This document shows positions 1-11,932 of a stretch of DNA of 64,000 nucleotides, piece by piece. The notes under the pieces are model-generated. The model ran no database searches, was not told the origin of the DNA, and was given only the letters and a program-made list of their open reading frames with translations. Origin of the DNA: Octopus vulgaris (taxonomy: Eukaryota); NCBI GenBank assembly GCA_951406725.2, contig OX597815.1, positions 83,638,001-83,702,000 on the forward strand, read 5' to 3'. The translations under genes and the position numbers were made by a program. The number at the start of each line of letters is the position of its first letter. Within the stretch, counting starts at the first letter, position 1.

Positions 1-229
1 CGATAAAAAGGAGGAAATAATAGAATTCGACAGCTTAGGCAGTTAAGAAACGGGCCAAATATTTAGTACTTTCAAGTCTGTCACTTTAGCAAAGCAGCAC
101 TGCATGCTTGGATTGCTGTATGCCAGACGTTAAGGTATAACATATGTGTCTACACACTGAGAGTTATATCATATTATTTCGCAATACATACTTACATATA
201 AACATACATACATACTTACATACATACAT

Positions 230-1120
230 GCAATCCAGAAACAGGCAATATCAACCAAATACTCGGTGCACAAACGGGATATAGATGCAGGAAAAGCAGT
301 AAAATGTGACAATCGATGCAAACTTTGTGGAATTAACACCGGAGATATGACCCACATCATAAGCAGTTGTCCGAAAATGTCATTACGATATTATCTACCA
401 ATGAGATATGATGTTGTAGCAAGGGCAATCTATAATGAAATCAGTCGAAAGGATAACCCCGAGTACAAAGAAATACGGACCCACAGTATTGTAGAAGCCA
501 TAGCCACTCATAATAAAAAAGGACTGGTGGAATGTCCAAGTGATGACCTCAATAAAATGTAAGCACAAAAGTCCTGATATAATGATTTGGGATAGAGAAG
601 AGAAACTATGAACAGTTGGAGAAATCAGTTGCCCAGCGGATGTTAACATAAATTTGGAGATCAGTGGAAAATAGAATATCTACGTTGAACTACTGGGAAA
701 TCTGCAGCTACTCTATCCAGATTATAACTTCGGGTTTATACCTGAAATTATTGGGTCCCTGGGATATGTAACACACTCTGGAGAAATCAGGCGTCTCAAA
801 ACCAGAAAGGAGAAAGCTAATTTAGAGACTACAGATACAATCCATCACTGGAACTGTAAAAATCTGTAAAACTTTCCAGAAGTTTATCATTTAAATATAT
901 ATGAGCATGTCTAGATATGCAGCAATATGCAAGAGAATATATACATAAAACAAAATAAATCTTCACATATATGCATACATACATACATATATACATACAT
1001 TCATACACACAAACTAGTATACCCTGTTGTTGATGTTAAAATTCCAATGAAGGAGCCTTGGAACTTGGTTAGAAACCGGCTCTTTCTCTATTCACAAGAA
1101 ATCTTGAAATAAAACTCAGC
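230..1120 (+). mobile_element. 5'-truncated, decayed R4/Dong-like non-LTR retrotransposon (zinc knuckle + restriction-like endonuclease, 3' UTR)
   Basis: Translates AIQKQAISTK...CKLCGINTGDMTHIISSC (CCHC)...LPMRYDVVARAIY, then after a frameshift KHKSPDIMIWD...EISCP (PD-(D/E)xK RLE) and FIPEIIGSLG. It has stops and frameshifts. The 3' end has a stem-loop (gaaggagcc/ggctctttc) and AATAAA, and the element is flanked by (CATA)n. Confidence 0.8.
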
Positions 1121-1546
1121 AATGACATGCATACATACATACATGCATATATACAGCTGTAGATACAGAAGAGACACAAACACACACACACACACAAACA
1201 CGCATGCGCACACGCACACGCACACCCACACATATATAAATATAGACTGTTTTATCATGAAAATTTGTAGGTATTTGACACCTATTTCTAGCGCAGGCGG
1301 CTGATCTTTCCAATAGCCCTAATTTTAATTATATTTTATTTTATAATCACACACTTGAAAAACTAATTTTACCTATACCTTCATTTTTATGCGCTACACT
1401 AGGCCACTGATATAATCATTTTGATTAGAGTCTTATCTTATGTATGTATATATATATGAACCATTATATATATATATATATATATATATTGTGAAATAGA
1501 AAGATGAATAATCTTGTTGCAGATTAATCAAAAGTTTAACCGATAC

Positions 1547-1635
1547 CTTGGTAGCAAAAATCACAGCCTCGTTCGATTTGTTTTGCTCCGCCTCTGTTCT
1601 GTTTTTGTTTTTTCCAACGGATTTCCTATTTCTTC
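1547..1635 (-). other. Candidate internal exon (89 nt) of an unidentified gene
   Basis: Minus-strand acceptor tgtgtctttctcttcag|G and donor AAG|gtatcg, with one open frame (GRNRKSVGKNKNRTEAEQNKSNEAVIFATK). No homology recognised. Confidence 0.3.
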
Positions 1636-1769
1636 CTGAAGAGAAAGACACAATATGGTCTCCTTATTCAATCGGAATTTGGTACATTGTGCCTTTCGAA
1701 ACACGTGTAGAATGCAATAAAACGATTTCTGTTCAATCTTCGTTCAACTCCATTTCTTCAATTCACTAA

Positions 1770-1823
<54 letters not shown>

Positions 1824-2782
1824 GTCCTCCCATAGATAATTCGATCTTTTCAATTGCATGAACTAGAATTCTGAAGGGGGACAGGATAAACTACTTATAT
1901 CAACTTACTATAAAAGCAGGTAGTAACAATACCTTGTCCCTATTCTTAGCGCAATATTTGTAGAGTGCAGTTCGATTTTACAATGCTATAATAGAAGTGA
2001 CAAAGGCATATTTTGCCTTATGAATTCAATAAAGACAATTTCGCAACGGAAAGTGCGATGAATCGAAATGCAGTATATGGGGATCAGACAATAAGCATAA
2101 GCCAGTATCAATGGTAGTTCCGGAAATTCCGAGCTAGAAACTACAGCTTAAATGACGGGTCTCGTTCTGGAAGATCCGTAGAGCTCGACGAGGGTGTCCT
2201 ACAAATCCTGATGGAACAAAGTTTCATCGTAATTGTTGAGGAACTAGCAGTAAAACTTAGATTTTGTCATTCAACCATTCATTAACACCTGCGTGCCATC
2301 GAATATGTCAGCAAACTGAGTCAATGGGTTCCTCACAAAGTTTCCGAGTCTGATCGAGCCCAGCGAGTGAGTGTGCTCTTCTTTGCTATCACGTTTCACG
2401 AATGAACCATTTTTGGACCAAATCGTGACTGGTGACGAGAAATGGGTTCTCTATAGATATTTCATGAGCCGAAGAAAGTGGGTAGGGAAAGGAGAAACAC
2501 CGGCACCCCAGGCTAAAAGAGGTCTTCACCCACGTAAGTGGCATATGCCATTTAGTCCACTTTGAACTTATAAACTTAAACCGATATTATAACAAAGGAA
2601 ATCTACTGCAAGCAGCTTGAGAGGCTTAAGTCAGCGCTAGAAGAAAAACGACTATCTTTGGTTTCAAGAAGAAAGATCCAGTTCTATATTTAAGAGATGA
2701 GGAATTAACACAACGTTTCGGCTGATACACCCTGGGTTCTCATTCCTAAGGTATTTTTCGATGTTGTTGTTGTTGTTGTTAC

Positions 2783-2824
<42 letters not shown>

Positions 2825-2825
2825 A

Positions 2826-2896
2826 GTCACTGCCTGGAATTGAACTCGGAGTTTTGGAGTTAGTAGCCTGCACTCTTATCCACCGCGTCATATGCC
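2826..2896 (-). promoter_or_regulatory. tRNA-like module with Pol III A and B boxes inside the PLE terminal repeat (not a functional tRNA)
   Basis: The minus strand reads ggcatatgacgcggtggataag...ctactaa...gagttcaattccaggcagtgac. It has an A-box-like TGaCGcgGTGG (intact TGGCGTAGTGG in the copy near 14760), an anticodon-loop-like CT-ACT-AA and a B box GTTCAATTCC. Confidence 0.55.
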
Positions 2897-3033
2897 TGTG
2901 TGCAATTATGGAGTGAATTTTAGGGCTTATAAATCTAATATTTTCCTTCCTTAATACCGGATCCCATATGCTATTCATATCTGCACTCGGTCTACTTAGG
3001 TGGTTGTTGTGTCCTAGCATATAGGTTCCCTAC

Positions 3034-3079
3034 GACACCTGATGAAGGATGGGGGGTATTTCAGCCGAAACGTTGTACC
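3034..3079 (+). ncRNA. Minimal type I hammerhead ribozyme motif (PLE-type)
   Basis: gacac-CTGATGA-a-ggatg...cagcc-GAAA-CGTT-gt. The catalytic core is intact, stem II has one mismatch, and a palindromic AACGTT replaces stem III. The stem I partner gtgtt is intact in the paralogous copies at 2707-2733 (-) and 14830-14874. Confidence 0.7.
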
Positions 3080-3879
3080 AACAACAAACAAGATGAGGAC
3101 AAATATACGTCAAATGTAAATAATGTAAATTATATAAAAGAAGAAAGGTGTTCTTCCATCAGGATAATGCTCAGTCACATAGAGAGAGGATGGACATTCC
3201 AGAGGCTCGAGCAGCTTGTATGAAAAACGATGCCTCACCCGCCATAATTGCCGGACTTGTCCCATCTGATTACCATTTACTCTGCAGTCTTCAAAATCAT
3301 GTGGGCGGAAAAAATATGAATTTTGTAGCCGAGATCAGAACGGTACTATTTTTAGTATTTCGAGGAATATTTTTCGTTACGAACAAGTGGATTTTGGAAG
3401 CCTTGCAAATAGATGGAAGAGTATTATAGTAAATGAAGGGGTGTATGTTTTAGATTACAAAGAACTTAGCTTATCTTAAATTTGGAAAAATATACAAATG
3501 TGTAAAAAAGCTGCGTTGTTTATGGGATGACCCAATATACGCGAGTGCGTGTGTGTGTATGTGTGTGTGGGGGGGGTGATCTAAATGCCAACACTTCAGA
3601 AACTAAGTTACTGTATTACCTCTCCCACCAAGGTATCCTTATAGATCGAGACAACACGAGCCAGTAATGGTACACGGAAATTCCCTGAAGTACACCGACG
3701 CTTTTACCCATCTAATTCTTCTGACCTCGAAGTTGAGTGGCAATTACATTCAACCACAAAATGTTTTGTCTCTCTCCTGAGATAAAGGTGTACAGTACCA
3801 CAGTGGTCTTTTGCTTTCTCAATGGCACGGAATGCATGTCCCTATAACGGAAGCACTTCAAATCCCAGTCGCAAGTCTA

Positions 3880-4370
3880 GCTCTATCTTTCATATCCGAT
3901 GGTAGAATCGCATTCCTGAAGTAGAGGTCCTATGCGCCGCTTGTGCAGTTTGTGTGGAGGCCTTCATTACTTCATCACAACCGCGCTCGGCGGAATATGT
4001 GTGCAGGATGCAGTATGGCAGACTCCCAAATGTAATTTTTTATGCTGAACAGCATCAGGGCAAGCGGTGCCGTGGTGGCCAGTGGTTGCCATACAGGCAA
4101 GTATTGAAGAGACGTGAGAAGGACTTTGGCTTCTCCAGTCATTTGGAAGGAGAAAGCCCTGCTACACGATGAATGACTGAAGTTCATAGTTGCAATCACT
4201 GAAGAGAAACAATTGAGTGAATACGACAGAGCACATGAGAGCAATCACTTCTCTGCTACGTCAAGTTGCATCACCTACAAAAGATATCACTGCTACTGCA
4301 GTTCAAGATCAGGCCTTGTAGACCTGATGCGAGCCTGTCAGAGATGATTATTAGTATTGCTGAACAATAA
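3880..4370 (+). mobile_element. Decayed RTE-clade LINE 3' fragment
   Basis: RSAEYVCRMQYGRLPNVIFYAEQHQGKRCRGGQWLPYRQVLKR matches the RTE/BovB post-RT motif RWAGHVxRMxxxRLPKxxxYGELxxGKRxRGG. Confidence 0.7.
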
Positions 4371-4535
4371 TGCTGCTGTAAAGCATATAGCATATATTCT
4401 GAGAGGGACTGTAATCACCTCGAACACCGAACCGAGAATTCCTTAGACTGACTGAACTGTTTCGGCTATTTCAATAGCCATCGACAACGTATATGTGTAT
4501 GTGTGTGTCTGTGTGAGTGTGTGTGTGTGTGTGCG

Positions 4536-4583
<48 letters not shown>

Positions 4584-6574
4584 TTTATATTTTGAATTTC
4601 TCATTAATGGAAAAAGAGTCTGTTTCAAACAAAAAAACAAGTTTCTTTCATTGGAATTTAGAAAACCTCATCCAGATAATCTCTTCTGAATGTATTTAAA
4701 AGTGTAATTATATATGTATGCGATTATGTAATTATACATATAATCTGTAATATTATGTTAACATCTTGTTAACCGCTTTAAATTACTGAGCATAATTTAT
4801 TTCCTCTGTCCCAGATCATTATGCCAATTCTTTTAAGCTCACATTTTATGTGCAAGTATTCCCTTCACTTCGCCGTTCCTAAGGATTATCCTTCCTGCAA
4901 ATTTCATTATATAATGTTCTTGCCAATAAGTTCATGGCTCACAGGAGCGTGTCACCGATTTTATTCGTTTGTTACTGGTGATGTGAGTAACATTATGTGG
5001 GTTTAATGATGTATAATCAAAATCCTTGCAGAACTTCTTAACTGAGAGATTTCAGTTCGGCAGTTTGGCAAGGGGCTTAGCATTTATAGATTTTTAGAAC
5101 AACTTTTTGATGACTGTTTGATTTTTTTATTTACCTTACATAATACAGAAGTAGCTACGGATACATATCATAGAGCGCTATGGCACCTGGCCTGAAGAAT
5201 TCGTGTCTAGAATGAAATTAACTTGGTATCAATGTTCACTAGCGTTCTCATTTCACTTAAGACATCACACAACAGCAATATTAAATAAGTCATTTTATGT
5301 TAAGAGAAGTCCAGTCTTCATAGAGTTAGTTTGTTACACATAGTTAGGGTCTGATTCTTGAATGAAATGTAGAGTAACCTACCTAAGATCGACTAAACTA
5401 TATACAAAAATATTCTACATAACTAAGTGGTTACGAAACTCAATTTGTAAACACGACTTGTACTAAGGGCAAATGTTTTCCACTAATACCCAGTAAATAT
5501 ATTATTAGTTTCAGCTCAAAGCTGTTGCCTCCTTCATATAGGATTCTTGCAGGCTTTTTCAATCTCCGTCAGTGTTGGCTTTCAGCAGAACATTTCATTA
5601 CTTTTGGGATATTGGTTGAAGAAATTTGCAATATTCGTCGTCGTCTCATGAAGATGTTCCTCTCCCATGGAATCTTGTTCCTTTCTTTGTTGGCCTTTTT
5701 TGTTTTTGTTGTCGTACACATTCACTTGCTTTTTTCCAAAATATTTAATGTTCCTAGCTTAGATTTTTAGGGTCAACCAGATTTGAACAGTCTCAAGTGT
5801 AACCGGCCGAAACTGTAAGGATGATGTGAAAACTTGACTGATGAGAGAAGGCCATGAATGGCCCGTCCTAGTTTTGTTCTGTCCGTCTTTTTATTGTTTT
5901 TCTTGTCCGTCATCGTATCACCTATCTGTCCGGATGTTTTATTGACGTCAGTTGCATCCTTATTCCATTTTGAGGATTTATACGTTCATATAACGGCGTA
6001 CGTACACTTTTACTTACCTTGTAATTATATAAATACATACATATGTGTGGCTATAGTTTATACAAGGGCTTTTCAACACGTAACTCTTACTATATTGTAT
6101 GTAACTGCTTGTGTGTGAAATTGAAGAAACATGCACACAGACACACACCCCACCACACACAAACGCAAGCACACACATACAAACACAAGCACACACGCAA
6201 ACACACACACAAGCACATACACACACACTAGCAGACACAAGCACACACACTCACACACAGAAACACGCACACAGTCTATACACGCACATATGTCTATATA
6301 TCAGGAGGATATATATCGAATATCATTACTCTAAAACTATTTCCTAGATTTAGTTTAAAATATAATTGTATGATATTGCTAAGTAGCAATTTGAGAAATC
6401 GCTCGAAAAATGTATGCGCGTTTGACTTTGTGTATACGTACGTATACACATTACATAAAAATACATACATATATATGTATGCACAAATATGCATGCTTAT
6501 TTATGTGAGCATCCGCATCTGTGTATATATGTATATAAATAGGTGTGTGCATGTGACTACGTATATATATACAC

Positions 6575-6626
<52 letters not shown>

Positions 6627-6680
6627 TTATTACATTATATAAAAGGGCTTAGTAAAATAAATTACTTTGCTCAATTGTTG

Positions 6681-6746
<66 letters not shown>

Positions 6747-7380
6747 CACACAGAAATATATATACAGATAAAATATATATATTTACATACAACCATATGC
6801 ATACACATATATACATATATTTAACATGCGTATAGGTTAGTGTATGTGTATATATATATGTATGTGTGCATGTGTGTGTTTGTGTGTGTGTGTAGGTGCG
6901 CTCAAATTTGCACGCGTGTACACGTGGCAGCATGTGCACAGTCGCTGTTTTTTAGTGTGTATCTGTAGAAAATTATATGTGGAAAAGCAAGGCATAGTTT
7001 CAGATTACTAAGGATTTCATAAGACTTTGATGTTATATTCATAAGAGACACCAGTGTTAGGGAAAACAGACCTGCCGAGGTTTTTCACATTGGTAAATAT
7101 AACTTACATATTTGACATCAAATCGTCTCGTTATCCTATTTACAGTTGGTTAATCCTTAAAAACGCAGTTGGACGTCTATATTAGAAACCATATAGTTTG
7201 TAATATGATTTCTTCAAGCTTTCTCTTATTTCAGATTCATTCGCTACTCACACAATTAACCTATATAAGCGTATACAGAGGCTTACATAACAGAAACACT
7301 AACTCACACGTAAGAAAGGGCTTACACAGAAAGAAACACGTGACCTCACACCGACATAAGGGAATTGGATATAAATCTTA

Positions 7381-8033
7381 TATGAGCTCTGATCAATAAA
7401 TATCCGGACTGTTTCTATAATAACGAAGCTAAAGCACGGAGAGTAAAGCCGTTTGGTACAGTCTGATCTTGACCTCTACTGTATATGCACACTAAGTTTT
7501 AACGCTCTAACTCTATTTTTCAGTTTATAGCAGTGCTTGGAAGAAAGGAGTGTAGCGTGTGATGATCGCATTGAACATAACAGAGAAATTTGGGCAGAGA
7601 ATCTGCATCAAATTTTGCCAAAAGCTTGGCGATGCCTGCTCAAAAGCCTACACAATGTTTTCAAAAGGCTTTAATCGTTCTCGAAAAATCAATGAGGTCT
7701 TGTGCCGTTGAAAGCCGAGTGACAGACTTCTTGGTCAGCTGAAAGCAGTTTTGGCACAAACTTGACAGTCACGCGTTTCATACCCAAATCCTTAGTGATA
7801 ATAGACTGAACTGAACTGTACTTAATCTGCCCATCCTCTGATAACTCACGGATGGTGATTCGACGATTTCATCTCACGGCTGCACGCACATCTGCGATGA
7901 TTTTCCCAGTTCTGCTGGTTGCGGGTCGCCGAGAACGTTCACCAATATCAACATTTTTCAGCCATTTTGGAAACGTCTGAACAACACGTACACTCGTACA
8001 CTGAACTACTCGTACAACTACTCGTACACTTGA
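7381..8033. mobile_element. Rearranged mariner fragment (left TIR and N-terminus on +, internally inverted segment on -)
   Basis: TIR-like tatgagctctgatcaataaatatccggac. The plus strand encodes QRICIKFCQKLG (7590-7665); the minus strand encodes FRRFQNG...ERSRRPATSR...RRITIREL...LGMKRVTVKFVPKLL (7667-7985). Confidence 0.8.
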
Positions 8034-8236
8034 AGGAGAGGAGGAGGAGGAAGAGAGGAAGAAGGAGGAAGTAGAAGAAGAAGAAGAAGAAGTAGAGAAG
8101 AAGAAGAAGGAGAAGAAGAAGAAGGAGAAGAAGGAGAAGAAGGAGAAGAAGAAGAAGAAGAAGAAGAAGAAGAAGAAGAAGAAGAAGAAGAAGAAGAAGA
8201 AGAAGAAGAAGAAGAAGAAGAAGAAAAGGAAGAAGA
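8034..8236. repeat. (GAG/GAA)n microsatellite
   Basis: Directly visible purine triplet tract. Confidence 0.97.
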
Positions 8237-8264
8237 TAAATATATTTATATAAAATATTAGTAT

Positions 8265-8423
8265 CGAATGACATCCGTGTGCCATAAGCACATAAGGCCG
8301 GGTCCCTGGATTTTCAAGGCGTATATATTCCGATGCAGGACTAGTCCTTTTGCCAGTTGAGGGGAACGAAATAGATATCACAATGACGAGTGCAACATCC
8401 TAACCACTAACGCGTGGGTCATC
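8265..8423 (-). mobile_element. Degenerate tRNA-derived SINE (MetaSINE-like family, related to 19010-19185 and 55850-56065)
   Basis: Minus-strand head gcgttagtggttagg; tail aaaatccagggacccggccttatgtgcttatggc resembles 19135-19170 and 56010-56045. Confidence 0.45.
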
Positions 8424-9060
8424 ACACACACACACACCTTCTCGCACACATACGCACATACGCACACATATGTATGTATATATATTTTATAATATCAAAT
8501 TTTACCAGCACTGCAAACTATTCTCAACACAATTACATCCACGTTAAACATCAAATATCCAAATATAACTACCGCCTTTACTAACACACCAACTCTTTAA
8601 TGACTAACAACAATAGGAACAAATTTATGGTCGAGATAAGCAATTGCATAAAAAATAACTAACAATCATATGAGACAATGTGGTACGCTAGGCTATTTTA
8701 AAATTTGAGTGAAATGTCTTTGATGTTAGGACAAAGAAGAATGACTTGAGACTAAACAGCAAAAACAATACAATTATCCATTAGCAATATGACCAGCGTT
8801 ACCACCAACAATCCCACGACACCAAGCCACCCCAAACCCCGATTTTGAAAGGGTAACTGGCAGCAACACTAATAGTGTCAACATATTAACAATGTTTAAC
8901 TCTATGTCTATATATACATACATAGACACACACTCACACTCACACGCACACACATACACACATATATATATATATATAATAAAGAGAGAGACAGACAGAC
9001 AGATACAGCAAGACAGAGAGACAGACACACACACACAGAGTTAGAGAGATAGAGAGACAA

Positions 9061-9866
9061 AGTGCGATGAGTAAATTGTCGCCATTTCATATTCTTTCGT
9101 CCATGCACATTGTTTTTGATTTGCTCACTACACAGAATAGTAGGCTCAATTGGGCACTGTCTGTGAGAAAAGCAGAATCATGACGCGATTCATTCTGCCA
9201 CAAATTTGAAAACGACATGCTGTACTGCTTGGCATTCGCGCCGGAATTTCCAATGCGATTATATAATAGAGTTTCGGTGTCAATCTGAGAACAGTGCAAT
9301 CTGAGGACATGTACCGAGTGATAAAAATCAAACATTCAGTCAACATCATGGTGTTTGTAATTATCACTAGTGATGGTAATGTTATGCCTCCATTCATCTT
9401 CCCACACGCTTCAGACTCAACACGGAAGTTTAAATCAAGTGCCTAGCGGAGGTAGTGCGCCCTGGGTCAAGAGTTTTGCTGCTGGAAGACCCTATGTCTG
9501 GCAACAGGACTCTGCACCATGCCACACAAGCAGGAAAACTCAGTAATGGCTGTCAGATAATTTCTGCTGATCACATGACACCTAACACCTGACCACCTAA
9601 CAAAACTCTTTGTAACACCAAAGATGAACTGAATGCAAGGATTATAGCAGCCTTCACCAACTTAAATAAAGGGGCCGTCCAGAAGAGCTGCAGGAGATTC
9701 CAAAGTCGTCTGGAGTCCGCGGTTAAAACTAATGGGGACATTAATGGATAAATTTACTGCTTAGTATTTCAAGATATTTATATGTAATTTTGGTAAATAT
9801 ATCTGTTAAAATGAGATGTAAGTGTTATTTTTACCTTTGCGTGATTTAGACAATTTATTCTGTTAG
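9061..9866 (+). mobile_element. Internally deleted Tc1/mariner-superfamily transposon, maT (DD37D)-like
   Basis: KHSVNIMVFVIITSDGNVMPPFIFPH...AAGRPYVWQQDSAPCHTSRKTQ*WLSDNF...ACRRF-like. Imperfect TIRs (gagtaaattgtcg / gacaatttattc). Confidence 0.75.
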
Positions 9867-9984
9867 TATATATGTATATATATATTTTTCTTATGCATAT
9901 ATATGTATATATTTTCCTATCAATTTCAGCTCAAAGTTATGGTCATGCTGGAGCACCGCCGTTTTGCTCACTGTTATTATTAAG

Positions 9985-10395
9985 AGCCTCCTCTGATATG
10001 TGGTATTTGGTGGATAAGGGTGTTTGCTGTCGCTGCCCTCATTTGCGGCTCCTGCGTAGGTTCATCTGGGACTATAAAGAAGATATCCATTTTGATTTGA
10101 AAACACCTACATCCAAACTCTGCAGGTCCCTCAGACCCCTTGGGAGACTATTAAAAAGCTGTGGACTCTTGAAATCCAGGCTGATGTAGCAACTGGTCCT
10201 AAAGTGGGACGGCATTCCTGGGATCTTTAGCATTGTGCAGTGGGGACCTGTTCTGGCATTTGTGTAGCTTTGAATGCTAAAATTTGGCACAATCCCTTCC
10301 AATAATATACATCTTCCAGATGTATATTACTGCATATCTCTCGTGCCTTCGCTCCAGGGAACAAAATCTTAGCTGTTTCAGTATTTCCCAGTGGC
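9985..10395 (-). mobile_element. Decayed CR1/L2/Jockey-group LINE 3' end
   Basis: Minus strand: SLERRHERYAVIYIWK...EGIVPN...PQLFNSLPRGLRDL...VFK...PDEP, a typical post-RT C-terminus. Confidence 0.7.
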
Positions 10396-11758
10396 TGAGC
10401 TGTTGCAATAAGACGATCTTCTATGTATTGTTATATATTTGTTTATTGTCTATTGCACTTTTGTTATTTTCTTATCATAAGCTTCATTTGCGTTGTAAAT
10501 AGGTATTTCGTAGACGTTTACTGCAAATGAAATACTTTTGTTTGTTTAAAAAAATCTATAATTTCTTGGTTACGTATTACGGTAATATTCCTCTGGATTC
10601 CATCTGGTGAATTTTGACATCAAATATGAAATACTAAAGCAACTAAGTTTAAAACCCATGAATTCTTCATTATGAATAAGTAGTTAAGGAGGAAATGAAT
10701 ATATTAATTTATGAATATGATTTTAGAATTTTCGGAAGTTAATTCGGCATTTTTTTTGTAGGACTTAATTGAAATCGCGCTTGCGCGGTAAATTTGAAAT
10801 ATTATAATATATAATGATGAGATACGTGTTATTCTCTCTCTAAATTACATGTTAGTGTTTTGGTGTAATCACTGACACGAACTTCGCCTAGTAAATTCCT
10901 TTATTTGCTAATTAGAGTTCGAAACTTACGTATGGCCGTAAAAAAAAAAACAAGATAAAAGTTTTTATTTTTCATCCCCTTCGAAATTACTCTTAAATAT
11001 GGTTTTTGGATGTTTTGACTGCTCCTTCTAGCACGTAAGGCTGCCTGTTAAGTGTCGCCCCTTTTTTGTTTAAACGAACACTAATTTTATATAATGTATA
11101 TGCATATATATGTATATACATATATATATATCATATATACGTATATAATTTTTTACCCTGGGAAACGCGCTCCCTATGATTTACTCACTGTTGTGTAATA
11201 TGCAACCATCTCTGTCATATTTGAAATCTATGTTCCTAAGTCATTTCGCCTTCAGACTAACATGTATCCTTGTATTACATTACGTGAGGGATGCAAGTTT
11301 TATGATTTACCTATTTGTTTTCATACTTGAAGGAAGACAAGTTCCCATTAATCAGGTTACTTAACTGTGATTGTTGACATTATTATGCAATTAAGTACAT
11401 TGCAACTCTATCATATATCACATGTGTATACTCACTGTATAATCAGTGACAACATTATTATATTTTATTGCATTAACACGCGTAGCTGTTTGTAGATTTG
11501 CGTCATTATATGAACCTGCGTGTGTGGGAATGTGTCTATATATGTTTGCGTGTATGTGTGTGTACATATTTCTGCTATAGTCATATATGTTCATCATTAT
11601 AAAGACCTTCGCATATGGAAATCTGTTTAAGATCTTACGCAGAGATGCCGAATGCCCAGGTGGTCACCATACAGGAACACAAATATACACTGAAACATGC
11701 ATTGTCAAACAAACACACACACACACACACACACACATACATACAAACACACACATAT

Positions 11759-11814
<56 letters not shown>

Positions 11815-11821
11815 GGATATA

Positions 11822-11822
11822 T

Positions 11823-11864
<42 letters not shown>

Positions 11865-11865
11865 T

Positions 11866-11923
<58 letters not shown>

Positions 11924-11932
11924 TGATAGATA
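11822..11932. repeat. (GATA)n microsatellite flanking the Tx1-like element
   Basis: Directly visible. Confidence 0.97.

Larger units (their letters stand above)
2676..3137 (-). mobile_element. 5'-truncated Penelope-like element: ORF C-terminus, terminal repeat (pLTR) and an inverted pLTR piece
   Basis: Flanked by the 10-bp duplication aagaagaaag (2666-2675 / 3138-3147). The minus strand encodes LSRPSADMNSIWDPVLRKE, resembling a PLE ORF C-terminus. An inverted partial copy of the hammerhead-bearing repeat lies at ~3025-3137 (+), and the element is homologous to 14742-14930. Confidence 0.75.
1820..3535 (+). mobile_element. Full-length decayed mariner transposon (DD34D), interrupted by a Penelope-derived insertion
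   Basis: TA-flanked TIRs (ttgggtcctccatagataa / ttgtttatgggatgacccaa). Transposase motifs WVPH, IVTGDEKWVLY, FHQDNA and PSDYHL with frameshifts. About 1.25 kb after removing the 2676-3137 insert. Confidence 0.92.

Noticed and set aside
1040-1092. Hammerhead-like ccaatga...GAAAccggctc in the LINE 3' UTR
   Set aside because: The core has two mismatches, there is no convincing stem I, and an alternative hairpin (gaaggagcc/ggctctttc) explains the sequence.
2826-2896. Functional tRNA gene
   Set aside because: Acceptor and anticodon stems pair poorly and it is embedded in a repeat; treated as a tRNA-derived module.
5838-5870. CTGATGA core motif
   Set aside because: No downstream stem II-GAAA, and it does not pair with the upstream ggccGAAA in a valid topology.
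7869-8381. 170-aa poly-Phe/Ser ORF
   Set aside because: Read-through of a SINE piece, a (TTC)n tract and a mariner fragment.
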